Shown: positions 38,791 through 50,904 of the stretch, piece by piece
How positions within the stretch are numbered: the first letter of the stretch is position 1
How the letters are laid out: each line of letters begins with the position of its first letter
Source: Vicugna vicugna
Taxonomy: Eukaryota
DNA length: 50,904 nt
NCBI GenBank assembly: GCA_013265495.1
Contig: MU058423.1
Coordinates: 5,934,745 to 5,985,648, forward strand
Direction of reading: 5' to 3'
Position numbers and translations under genes: made by a program
The notes under the pieces: generated by a model
Told to the model about the DNA's origin: nothing
Databases searched by the model: none
What the model saw: only the letters and a program-made list of their open reading frames with translations

Positions 38791-40248
38791 ATTATCTGTT
38801 TAAATATTCTCAGAAAGTGTTATTAAAGAATGTTGAGTTCAAAAAACATTAGAGCTACAGTCCCCTGTATATGCAGCTTAATCTGGGGATTTAAAATAAT
38901 GTGTAGCATTAAAATTTAAAGATAATGTTTATTTTTCTCTAAATACATGCTTACATGTGCTCATATGTAGTTGGAAATGTACTTGATTGAAGTTTACTAA
39001 AGAATAATGAACTCTAAGAAAATGAGAATTAACAGAATGAGCAGAAATTAGATAAAATAATCTATAAGAAGGTTCTTTTACCATTACATATGCAAAGGTC
39101 CCTTCCCATTTTAAAATCTCTTTTAACTGTAAAGACTCTTATTATCAAGTTCTTAAAGTTATAAACTCTAGAAAGGCATATCTAAATAATAATAGGTCTA
39201 GTAAAAATTACATTAATTTATTTGAAATGTAGGTGGATGAGACTAGAAAAAATGTAGGTGAGTGCTACTGAAATTACAGTCACGTAACCAGAATAGAGGA
39301 ACAATTGTTTCAGTCAAAAATATTAGGTAATTATTCTTCATTAAAATTTATGTGTAAAATCTATTGTTTGTTTTTAATTCTCAACACTTCAATTACATAG
39401 AGCTTTTATTTCTGATAACTATAGTGAAAAAATAATCATTGTTAAAATACAAAAAAGAGACAGAAAAAAATTACTGACAAATAAGTATAAATACAATCCA
39501 ATGGTAAATAAAATATAAAAGATAAGAAAATCAAGAAAAATACCTCCATCAAACCCAGAAAGAAATACAAGTGGAAATGAAGCTTAGGGCTGTTGGCCCA
39601 AGAACAAACACAGGTAGCCAACAGCTAGGTGCCCTCATGGTAAAAGGAGTAAGAAATGTTTAAAATGCCATGGAGGCTCACTGCCAAGAAACTGAGATGG
39701 GACATCTCACCAATGAAATGAGGCTGAACAAAGCCATGACTACTATGTGGGAACATGGGTTTTATAAGGCTAAAATTTAGGAAAGCTACAATGACAGAGA
39801 CTCAGCCTCGAAACCAGGACCTCAAATCTTATTCAGGTGCCCTGAACCTTTAGGCATTCTGTGGTAGTGAGTAGATTCAACTCTAAAACAACGTGGCGGG
39901 AAGAATAAATCTTACTTATTCTGCCGGGGGTCATGAGCATTAAATGAGACAAAATAGTTTTGACTTGGCACAAAGGAGGTTTTCAACACAACCGTGATTA
40001 TTGTCAGGATCTCAGTTGAGCTGGAAGAGCTGTGCTGCTATGTATCAGAGCAGCAAACTAAAGAGACAAGCCAAAAAAATCAGAGTTAACTGCAATGGTA
40101 TAAACATGAGGCTAAAACCAAAGGAAGTGACGACTCAATCTGTGCCACTTTCCCCCCGTGGAACTTTGCTCCTGTCATATCAGGAGAATCAGCGTAGAAG
40201 TGGAAGTTGGAACATTTCACATATTCCACATGCAGTTTCCCTTATTTC

Positions 40249-40476
40249 ATTTTTTTTCTGGTTTTACTTTATTTACAAATAAAATTGTATACATGTGCTA
40301 ACTTGATACACCAAGTATACATTGTGAAATGATTACCACAAGTAAGTTAACATATCCATTACTACACATAGCTCCAGTTTTGTTTTTGGTGAGCATGCTT
40401 TAAGATCTGCTTTCTTGGCAAATTTCAAGTGCACAATCCAGTATTATTAACTACCATCATCTTGCTGTATACACTG
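40249..40476 (-). mobile_element. L1MA-like 3' end
   Basis: T-run then 'tatacattgtgaaatgattaccacaag...ttaacatatccattac...ttaagatct...caaatttcaagt...tattattaactaccatcatcttgctgtatac'. Confidence 0.8.
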
Positions 40477-41569
40477 ACATTTTTGACTAGGGTTTATCTA
40501 TACCATAATTTAGTAGTTATAATTCTGATTCACCAGGAATTCTACTATTATTTATTTAACACCTCAAAACATTTCAGCAAAAATTATGTGGTTTACTGTT
40601 TTGTTTTGTTTTGGAGTTCCCTGTGCAGCAAAACTGAAATGATACAGCTGAGATCAACTCTACAGCCATCTTCCTCTATACACATTCTAACACATAGAAA
40701 AGTTCCCTCCTATGTGGCAATAGTCTGTTTGATACATACTTGCTTTTTGTAAAATTGCCAAGTCTCTTTCCTCTTTTTCACAGGATATTGTAACTATGAC
40801 CTAAGCAGAGAATGGGAGAAGAACATGCAGAATAATATAACAGCACTGGATGCCAGAGCAAAGTCATTCCCTGGAGAGATTCAGGAAGAGCACCAAAATT
40901 AGCAAACCGAAGGCACTCATTCACTCATTTATGCATCTGGGACTGTTTATTAGGTGTATACTGTGCATCATTTCGAGAGTTAGAAAACTGTGAAGAGTGA
41001 CTAAGCCTGTGCTTATTCCAGATGCTCCTCAAAATATTTCAAGCAATACAGTTTCTCTAATTGTTTTCCTCCAGTCTTCAGGAATGCAGTATTATTATTC
41101 TGTATAATTAACTTGTAAAGAAAAAAATGTTCTATTTTATTTTCAAAATTAGGGAGAAAAGAGTATTATGAGAGGTGCCATGCCTAGATAAACTCTGAGC
41201 TTGTGTTTTGGTATAAACAAGGACCATTAAAACAGAAAATGGCTTGCTACAGAACACTGAGTGCTGGCAATTCTGTAAAATAGGGCTTTTTTCTGTTTCC
41301 TTAAGGCAGCTTATAAGATTCTGGATGCTATTTATGTAAACTGTTTCATAGGGAGAAACATGTACATTGTTTATTTAAAAGATGTTTGTCTTTTAAGATC
41401 TTCCTTGTATGTTTGTAGAGAAAAATGTGTTCAGTCAACATAGTGCTTTACAATTTTCTCTACAGAGAAGACGTTAAATAAGGCAAAACTCAAACTAACA
41501 AGCCCCAAACAAAGAACCCCCCCCCCCAAAAAAACCCTGAAGAATTTATGCAGATTTTTAACAACTCAC

Positions 41570-42271
41570 TTTAAGTTTGAGGAGCCTGAGTTCTGGCTAA
41601 AAATCTGTGTGAGGTTTTTCAGGCCTGACCATAGATGATCACAAAGGATTTATCTGACAGGCTTCATGGAGGAAAACTGCACATCCCCACAACAGATCCA
41701 GTGCACAGCCAGGGCATCAGAGTCTCAAGGAGAGCTGCATGCAGTCAAGGATTCAGGGCCCTCTGTGTATTTGTATATACAGTAGTCCCTTACAGTACGC
41801 CCACAGCGGGTTCTGCCTCGGTGGATACAGAGGACCAACTGTCCACATATTTGCATTCCTAGCCCAAGTATTTTCATTCCTATGTCTTTTCATCTGGAGT
41901 CTTCATAGGCATATTTATGAGGTGGAGAGAAAATGTTGAAAAGACTCTTCCCTCTCCTCTCTGATTCAATCCTTTTCAACTCCTAGCCTTTCCTGGTTCC
42001 CTACCCTAGCGCTAGGGTCCATAAAACTACAAGTTCCTTGGACAGTGATGTGCTAATGCACCTGCCCCTCACCTAGTGCACTTGCTATGTTCTTGGGCTG
42101 TGGATAATGGATCAGGGCGAGTAGGTACAATCTCTGGTTTTAACATCTTGCTTATACTATCTAGTAAGCTATTAAATGTTTGATTATTACTTTCATTTTT
42201 GGTTTGCTGCTTTGATAGCTACATGAACACCTGAGAATTTAGCTCTCTCCAGCTCAGCTGAGCTCCCAATA
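41570..42271 (+). mobile_element. ERVL-type solo LTR (MER54/MER74-group-like; family uncertain)
   Basis: GC-richer block with a TATA-like 'tccataaaac' (about 42018), a poly(A)-signal-like 'attaaa' (about 42171), and the terminus 'ctctctccagctcagctgagctcccaata'. Confidence 0.5.
41780..41841. mobile_element. Minimal (62 bp) Tigger/MER2-group MITE
   Basis: TA|cagtagtccct ... ggatacagaggaccaactg|TC. The CAGT...ACTG termini and the 'ggatacagagg' subterminal motif are those of TcMar-Tigger elements. Confidence 0.6.
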
Positions 42272-43011
42272 AAGTTATGTTTTCTTCAGAGGTTTTAAAA
42301 AGTCCTTCTAACTATGTCAGTCAGTCAGGTAAATTTCCTTTCTTCACCAGGCAGATATTTAATGGATATACCCTGAGGCCTGAGCCTTGCTAAGAGCTGG
42401 ATCACAAAACAGAAGAGGCCAATGTTCCTACTCTTGGGAAAGTGGAGAAAAAAATTTGCAAAGAGGAGATGATTATAAACCCTGGACACTTTTCCAAGAA
42501 CATATAACAAAGAAGAAAATTCAGAAGTACAGTAAAGGTACCACAGTTCTACTCCAAAACTGGGATTGGGGTACTTTACCCATGTAATGTTTTACTCCTA
42601 CATGAAATAGATGCTGGCATACGTGGGTTAAAAAAGGGAAGTGCAGACTTCTCCCAACCGTTTGCACAAATGCAGATCACAGTGTCTCCATGGACTGCCA
42701 GAACTGTGACCTGAAATTCCTCCTTAAAGATACTCACTTGTTCCATGAATACAGACCTTTCTCACTGGGTTATTTCAGTGAGGTTGGTCTTACTAAAAAA
42801 ATATGTGACTGGCCTTCATTTTATTTAACATGCAGACATGTTTAATTAAATGAATCTTAGTTAAGATAAAGAATTAAAATTATCTTCTGGTGAGAAGAGG
42901 GTGTCTGGACATAAGGCTAACTGACTGTAGAAGGCTGGTTTAGATGGAGCCGTCTTGGAAGGAGAAGGGCGAGGGAGCCAGCATGTGGCCACCAGTATCT
43001 GGAAGATATAG

Positions 43012-43441
43012 TACTCAGCCATAAAAAAGAATAAAATAATGCCGTTTGCGGTAACATGAATGAACCTAGAGATCGTCATTCTAAGTGAAGTAAGCCAGAA
43101 AGAGAAAGAAAAATACCATATGATATCACTCATATGTGGAATCTAAAAAAAAAAGGACACTATGAATTCATCTACAAAACAGAAACAGACTCTCAGACTT
43201 GGCAAACAATCTTATGGTTACCAGGGAAAGGGTGTGGCAGGGGATAAATTTGGGAGTTTGATATTTGCAGGTGTTGGCCACTATGTATAAAAATAGATTT
43301 TAAAAAAGTTTCTTTTGTATAGCACAGGGAACTATGCTCAATGTCTTGCAACAACCTTTAATGGAAAAAATATGAAAATGAATATATGTATGTATATGTA
43401 AGACTGGGACATTGTGCTGTACACCAGAGATTGATACATTG
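43012..43441 (+). mobile_element. Lineage-specific L1 3' fragment lacking the terminal bases and poly(A)
   Basis: Same family as the copies at 8345 and 14435 ('tactcagccataaaaaagaataaaataatgcc...gtgctgtacaccagagattgatacattg'), but it stops before 'taactgactatacttcaat(A)n'. Confidence 0.92.
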
Positions 43442-45427
43442 GAAAATAGTCAGGAAGCAACAGGAAAGCCATGGGAGGCATACATGGGGACAAGAGAGGA
43501 ATCAAAGGGAATTCATTACGCTGTAATTTTAATATTCTGTTTGCAGCAAATAACATGGATGCAAAATATCAGTTATATCACAGTATGCTCACAAAAGTTC
43601 AATTATTCAATGTCAAGTTTGCTCTAGTAGTTACCTACATTTATATGTGACACATGAAAAAATATATATATATACACATAAATATTTAGTTATGAGTGGC
43701 CATAAGGCTTACACTGAGATCCACTCAAAATAGAAATATTACACTGATGCTTTATTTTCCTTACTTATAAGGCAAACTCTCTAATTGATGAGTCATAATC
43801 TGCTGGAATTCTCAGACTATTATGATCCAAGAAAGTTTTCTGGAGCTATGCGTTTGGATACTTGCATTGCCAGCATTCACAACTCCTGTTACAGCTGGTG
43901 TATCCCAGCTCTCCCAGACACTCTGTCAAAATAATGACATAGTGGAAATGTAGAGTGTACATCTCAGTGTTCAAGACCCAGTTCTGGCACTTGAGCTCTG
44001 CATGTGTCACAGAGAGAATATATCTATAGAATGATTTTTATTTGACAGGAATCTCCCACTTGCTTACCCATCACAACTTCAGAAGTACAAGTTCACTCTA
44101 ATGATAAATTTTAAACTTCTACATCAAATAATACAATTTAGGATTATTCTAATGTGGGCTCTAAGTAAATGTCCACAATTTACCAAGACATAGAGGAAAA
44201 TTTTTTGTCATTACTGCACTTTTGGGGAGTTATTACAAATCATAATACTAGAGGCCAAATGATTTTTACTACCTCAGATTCTCATTCTCAGGAGACACAT
44301 TTCCATATAATCCAAAAATATTAATAGTTATTTTTATGTTAAAGAGCACATAACATTTCTTTTAATAAACAAAATTTTCTCTCTCTTTACTCCTTTCCCA
44401 AAAATTCTTGATAAAAAACTGCATAGTCTATAATATTTTCCTTCTTCTACAAGAATTGAAAATGCCCATCATGTTGGCGTTCATTATTTCTGCACCTGTT
44501 CTAAACCCCTTCTATTTCTTTCACAATTTTCTTCCAACAAATTATTTCATTCTCATATCTTTATGACCTACAGAAGTACTTACCTACAAACCCCAAATAT
44601 TCTCCAGTAGGTCCTTCAAAACTGGTTAAAGTCTCCCCAGATTTCTTGAGTCAGGAATCTACCTACTCTTGGTCTACATTTGCTCACTACTCTCAAAACT
44701 TTCTCTTTAAATTATGGATTATTTTCCTAGTACTTTGACTGCTTTCTTGATAGAGACCCTGTAACATCCAACATTTTAAAAGATTTTTCACACTTTTTAG
44801 CTTTTCCATGATATTGAATAACACTGCAGCACATCCCAGTCTTTTGAAAATTATATTTATTTTGCCCTTCTATTCTTCCGTACACTATGTTGATACGTCA
44901 GTCTTTTAGGTAGATTCCTCTTTATTTACTGTTAAAGGATTAGGTCATTGTGCTGTCACTACAGCTCTGACAACTGAAATGAGTCAGCTTATGTACATGG
45001 TGTGCTATGCATCATGCTTTAGTAAAAAAAAAAAATCTAATCATGGGCCATTTATGCTACTCCCAAGTCTTTCCGGATGACTTTCATTCATCTACTCTAA
45101 TCACTGCAACAGGTTTTGCCTCCCTATTTCTTCCATGCTCTGGTACTCTGGCTCACCAGCTACATTTGAAGCCAAATTGTGTATATGATTTTCTTTAGGT
45201 TACCAACCTGGTATTCTCACTTAACCTTTGGTTTATATTTCCTCAAGCTTTGGTTTACACCCAGATCCAGGCAAGCCAGTCTTCTTAGAGAGACTTGGTT
45301 TCAAAGACCAACAAAGTAAGGCATCACCAGAAAAGTGATTTTTACCTGTCCTAAATGAAGGCCACAAAATATGTACACTTGTTTTAATATTTACTAATAT
45401 GAGGCCTTAAAAGAGTTCTATAATATG

Positions 45428-46053
45428 TCTGATGAGTCAGTTGCTAATCTTGTGGTTTGCTGCACATAATGAACTGTTTTGCTCATTGCTTTTAAGATTT
45501 TCTCTTTGTCTTTCAACCGTTTGTGCTGTCTAGTTGTGAACTCTTGTTCATTTTCTGTAGTGTTTGTTGAATTTAGGTGTGCAGATTAATGTTTTCTTTG
45601 AATTTAGAACATTTTCAGTCATTATATTTTCTGATATTTTTCTGTATTTCTTTCTCTCTTCTAGTCTACCACAGTTCTATGAGAAACTATCTTAATTCTG
45701 TTTGTCAGATTGGATCATCTCTTTTGGCCTACTTTCAACCTTACTAATTGCTCCTTCTGCCACCTCCAATATGTTACTGAGCTCCAATAGTGAGTTTTTA
45801 ATTTTAGTTATTGACCTTTTCAATTTTAAAATTTTCATTTGTTTTCTCTTAATGTAATTTTCCTATGTTGCTGATATTAATTTCTCAAATCACTGTCATC
45901 ATACTTTAAATCTTAAACATGGTTTTCTTTTAACATATTTGTAATACTTTGTAATATACTAGTACTATAGTACTCATATTCTGAGAACATATTTATAATA
46001 GAAGCTTTGATTTTCTTCTAAATCCAGCAGCTGGGCTCCCTCTGAATAGTTTC
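45428..46053 (-). mobile_element. Old L1M 5'/ORF1-region relic
   Basis: 'gcttttaagattttctctttgtctt', 'attttcagtcattatattttc', 'tcagattggatcatctc', 'cttctgccacctccaatatgttactgagc...agtgagtttttaattttagttatt'. Confidence 0.7.
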
Positions 46054-49000
46054 TCAAAACAAACAGATGTTTACTAAAAAGTGATTATTAAAAAGAGATG
46101 ACTAAATGAGCATAAAGTCATCTATTTCAAGGACTGAGATATAGGAGTAGTGTGTTTGTGGAAAACTTTCTTTTTGATATCATTTCAGAAATTTTCTCAG
46201 CACATTTTGTGTAGTCTTTTTGTGTGTGTGTACCATTAAAAGAAAGAATTACTGGAAACAGAAAATAATCTCCTGTAATCTTCAACAATCTTCACAAAAC
46301 TGTTCCTACGACTTCCTCTACTCTTTTGCTAATAATGCTATGTTTAAATATGACACTGATTTATATATATCCACAGTTTTCAAATACCTTAGTTTGGATC
46401 AAGCAGACATATCACTGAAGGTAAGATACAAACTGAAAAAGTATAAAATGTATGAAGTGTAGATATATGAAATCTTAATATACATCAAATAATTATGTAT
46501 AAGAATTTTTAAAAATTTACCTTATCTGACACCATCTCCATAATTCAGGAAGCCAACACTTTTCAACAGAGCTTCATTATATGCTGATGAGAAGCTTTAC
46601 ATTCTATCCTTTGGTCCAATGTATACCTTCAGGTACAAAAGTTACAAAATCTGTTCTTAAAATCATTTCTCCCCACCAAGGCCAAAGCTTTCATATGTAC
46701 CTTAGTTCATCTATTCTTTATGATAAATACTTTTCTATGAATTTATTCATCAATTAATTTCTGACGGGTAGTTAAAATAAATTTTTTCCCACTGAATCCA
46801 AGCAGTAGGCATATTCAAATTAAAACCATTATGTAAGTCTTATCATATTTTAATATTTCACAATGTTTCTTTACCTCAATTTGTAGGTTAATAGTACTAC
46901 GGTATATTATCTCAATTTAAAACTGTGAGCATTTTTGATGTATCTTTTACCAATATCTGTAAATTGAGCTACAAGAGTAGAGAGGATGGGATAAGTTTCT
47001 GAGCACTGTGGAACTCGGTGGCTATAATGAGTATTTACTATATTTGCATGTCATATTTAATTTAAGAGACAACCTTGATTCTTCTATTAACGTTTTGCAT
47101 GATTCTTTCCAAGAATTATTTGCATCAACATGTATGCATGCATGTGTACATATACATATGTTTATGTACATGTGTGTTTATGCTTATATACATAGATTTA
47201 TATTCATGTAATTAAGAAAAAGCAGACTTATATATAGGTTTGTACTTTTAAATTTCATCTGATTTACATCGTTAACATTTCACTTATCACTATTAACCAA
47301 AATTTGATTCTTACTTAGTATGTAATTGCTCATACATACAACACTTTAGTCAAACATTTCTGTATTATTGACTATTAGTTTTTTCCTCCAGAATTTTCAT
47401 TCTCATAAATAACACTCTGAAGAACAACCCTGAAAACAAACCTAAGCTTGTATGTATTAATTATTTCTGGGAATTACTTAATTATTTCTAGGGAAAAGTC
47501 TTGATTGGGTAGGTAAAATAAATTATTTGAAAGCTAAATAAAGTTATGAAAGCTAGAATTATTAAAAATAAATTCTAATATATAATTCAAATTTCGTCAG
47601 GTAATATTTTATACTACCAGTGAAATATTATGTATGGATTCTTATCCTCTCCTCATTTTATAAGGTGTTTAGTTTTTACATAATAAAAAAATAAAAACTA
47701 AAACAAAATATTTTTTACATAAAAATAAAAACAATAAAACAAGTCTACACTCTTTAGACTTGTATTAACTCTTGCTTTCTCAAATTAATTTTGTATTCTC
47801 AATGAAAAGCGTGATCCCAAGAGGTAAAAAGTAAAAACTTAAATCTCAGATCATTAATATTGCTTTTCAAAAAGCATTTAAAACTCTCTGCTGTTTGCAT
47901 TTACATTAGGAAACATCCTTCTTAAATGTCAGAGAGCATGATTTCCAAATTCATTTATTTAAGCATTCTTATTAATAGTTCTGGTATTATTTTAATAAAA
48001 CATAACTAATCAAGATATTTTATATTTCATCTGAATATTGTAGGTAAATCAGAATATATTAATCATTTAGATGCAATCAGAATATTAGAATTTTTAGAGC
48101 TACAAAACTGCTGATTTATTGAGATATGTCAGCCACCAAAAGTAGTACGTAATGAGATGAGAACAAATAATTTATGCTGGGTAAATTCTAATCATATTTC
48201 TTAAAAAATTATTGTGTAGGAAAATGAACATGCACAACTATGATGAACTAATCTCTTTAACTAGAACAGTCCTGGATGTATTTAAAATATTAAGATTTCA
48301 TTTAAAATAGTATTGATAGTCTTTCTTTCAAAAAATACATTTTAACTATTTTGGTCTCATTGCCAAGGGAAAACAAGAGGAAATCATAAAGGGAGATTAT
48401 TTTAATTATTATTTTATTTTCCTATTAAAATGGCAAGGCACATACTGAGTTTACCAGATATCATGAAAGAGTACATTCTTTTTGACTATAAAAACTATTT
48501 TGAGGTCTTTTTTCTCAGCAGTGGGATGTCACTTTGCAGGAGCAATTTCTAACTACAGATATATACAGGCACATATATAGATATAGACAGATACAAATAC
48601 AAATATAGATATAGATATATGTATTCTATTTGCACAGAATTATTTATCATCATTAAAATATATTTGTGATAAATATCTCTACCACTTATGAAACTGAAAA
48701 AAATGACGAAAAAAATAGCAAATGTTGACTGAAGGGAAATTATCTTGCACTTTATGACAGCATCTAATTTAAATCCCTACTTTGTGACCTAAATCAACAT
48801 TCTGAGTTTTAATTAAATTGATACTAAATAATAAATTCTTCAGCATAGTGAAATAAGTAGATTCAAACTTAATATATTTCCTAGAAAGTACACATTATTC
48901 ACTTATGAATATATCTGTGAAAAATGAAAAAAATGTGGTTATTTAGAAATAAAACCAAGGTGAATATGACTCATATCAAAGCATGTCAAACAATGTTTTT

Positions 49001-50078
49001 AATTGTATTATTACCACATGGAAAGATTAAGGGTAGAATTTAAAAGACATATATTCTATTTATTTCACTTTTAAAACATTCTCTGATTTAGCAGGTGAGG
49101 TAAAAGGAATAAGTACATTTGCAAAAAAACATAGTGCACATATGTATTAAAAGGGAGTACATGTAATGAAGCTGTAATATATATTTTTTTCTTCAATGTG
49201 AATATGAGACAAAAGGAGAAAGAATGATGTAGGAAACATGCATTATCAAAAGGACCATACATTTCATTATCCTCATTTTCTGACTCCTCTCAATAACACA
49301 TATCTCCTCTGCTGTTATGATTAACTGTGCAGAAACACACAAGATTGACAGTGAATTAACTGGTAAACACTGACATATAAGCGATCTCAATGACAAGCCC
49401 TCTGCAGGGTTTTGCTGCTAAACCATGAAATCTGTGGTCTTGAATTCAGGTCTAATATAATCCAAAGCTGATTTGGCCTCACCTCAGCTGTCCTGTGTTC
49501 TAGGTATTAATCAGCTCTCATACATGTTCTAGGAAGTCACCTCTCTCAGTCTCATGGTATAGGCTAAGTCAATCCTTGTTTTAGCAGGCCTCATGGCACT
49601 TCATTTCACTTCCACTAATTTATGTATTACCAATTGGAAGTATCAGTGAAATTTGGGGTCTTATCCATGCTAAAGGAGAATTTGATGGTGACTACAGAAA
49701 ATAGCTTCATATACACAGTTATACTGCCAACATTACTGTGAGGTAACTATGAGGAAGCTATCCTATATTGCTATTAAGAATGAAATGCTATTTCTTCATA
49801 GATCCACATTACACAGTGATGCAAAAATCTCCTGTTCCTCTGTGTTCCCTTCAATTCATCTAAAATTTTCCTTCAACCAAAATCAAGGGAGTGGAAAGTA
49901 TATTATTTGTCAATCTGTTTTTCCTAGTTCTCTCTTTTTCCCCCAAATAACTTGGACCAGAAAGAGTACAACAGCTCAAACCCACTTCCTGTATTTTGAG
50001 AAAATTTCTTATATAAATGTCTATGTTAGGTCATTAAATTCAATCCTAATATATTAATAACAATTAATAAATTTACTA

Positions 50079-50265
50079 CAGTGGACCCTTGAAAACTATG
50101 AGGCTTAATCTGCATGTAACATAGTCAGCCTTTTATATCCATGGTGCCTTGTATCATAGGATCCAACCAACCAGGACCTTGTAGTACCATAGTATTTGCT
50201 ATTGAAAAATATCCACATCTAAGCAGACCACACAGTTCAAACCCATGTTGTTCAAGGAGCAACTG
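50079..50265 (+). mobile_element. Tigger2a/MER8-like MITE with TA target duplication
   Basis: TA|cagtggacccttgaaaac ... gttgttcaaggagcaactg|TA. The inverted termini resemble the Tigger2 TIR cagttgacccttgaacaa. Confidence 0.85.
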
Positions 50266-50267
50266 TA

Positions 50268-50904
50268 GGAGACGGAGAAGATGGCGGAGTAGAAGGACGC
50301 TTGTAAGTCACCCTCTCCCACAAATACACCAAGACCCACATCTACAGACCCACTCAGCCAACCAGAGCACCTGCGGAACTCCGACAGAACATCGCCCTCT
50401 TCAAAAGATAAAGACGCCAAAAATCTGGTAGGAGAAAAGGAAAAAAGAAAGAACAAAAGGCAAAGCAGTGCGGGACGGGTCCCGCGGGGAGGGAGCGGCA
50501 AAGGAGGACTGGCGCTTGCTCGCTGGGTCTCCCCTCTCCAACTGAGAGGCCAGCGGGATGGAGGGGGAGCCTCCGAGGCTCGGATCTGTACAGAGCAGCC
50601 CTGGTCTGACAGAACTAAGTTAAACGGGCACAGAGCGTCCCCCCGACACCCAGCCTGAGACGCGGGCCGGCAGCGGCGGGCAGGGCCAGGCTGCACAAGC
50701 CGGGCGGATGACGGGGGCTGCTGCACGGAGGCAGCTCCGGGGGCCTGCAAGGGGCTGGGCGCCGTGGCTGTGGGTGTACAGGACAGAACAACCTGGGCCC
50801 TCCATAAAGCAGCAAGGTTGATGTGTTCTTGTGGGAAGGGTACATACCCCCATCTCTGAAAACCCGCGGAAACTTTTCAGGGGAAGAGAGGCGGGGCCCA
50901 GGCA
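50268..50904 (+). mobile_element. 5' UTR of a young, probably full-length L1 (continues beyond the window)
   Basis: Starts 'ggagacggagaagatggcggagtagaaggacg', the typical L1 5' terminus. There is an abrupt switch to GC- and CpG-rich sequence that persists to the window end. Confidence 0.85.
50278..50287 (+). promoter_or_regulatory. YY1 site of the L1 internal promoter
   Basis: AAGATGGCGG matches the YY1 consensus about 10 nt from the element start, as in other mammalian L1 promoters. Confidence 0.75.

Noticed and set aside
46521..46626. Minus-strand exon-like segment (gaag|GTATAC...ATAAG|gtaaat)
   Set aside because: The AAG acceptor is weak and there are stops in all three frames. It could only be non-coding or UTR, and nothing else supports it.
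50199..50750. 183-aa minus-strand ORF, the longest in the track
   Set aside because: It has a TTG start, lies in the GC-rich L1 5' UTR and crosses into the Tigger MITE, so it spans two unrelated insertions.
1..50904. Prokaryotic or viral systems (CRISPR, operons, defence islands), tRNA or rRNA genes
   Set aside because: The sequence is mammalian repeat-rich non-coding DNA with no long ORFs, repeat-spacer arrays or recognisable structural RNA genes.

Overview
This is AT-rich mammalian nuclear DNA, either intergenic or deep intronic. The young L1 3' UTRs resemble camelid L1 as I recall it, and I see no Bov-A/tA, PRE-1 or CHR SINEs, so a camelid (cetartiodactyl) source is likely, but that is inference. 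I can support no intact protein-coding gene, RNA gene or prokaryotic system; the ORF-track hits are L1 or ERV debris or chance ORFs. The window is a layered retroelement record: an LTR16-like LTR fused to an ERVL gag/pol relic (2.5-4.4 kb), several MaLR/ERVL solo LTRs, old L1M elements, MIR/L2 relics, two Tigger-type MITEs, several lineage-specific L1 3' fragments (two with twin-priming inversions), and the CpG-rich 5' end of a probably full-length young L1 starting at 50268. The most unusual structure is a short GC-rich retrocopy (6650-6939). Its 5' end is fused to a 116-bp inverted copy of unique sequence lying about 0.9 kb away (5935-6050 vs 6940-7055). Repeat subfamily names come from recalled consensus sequences, not a database search.
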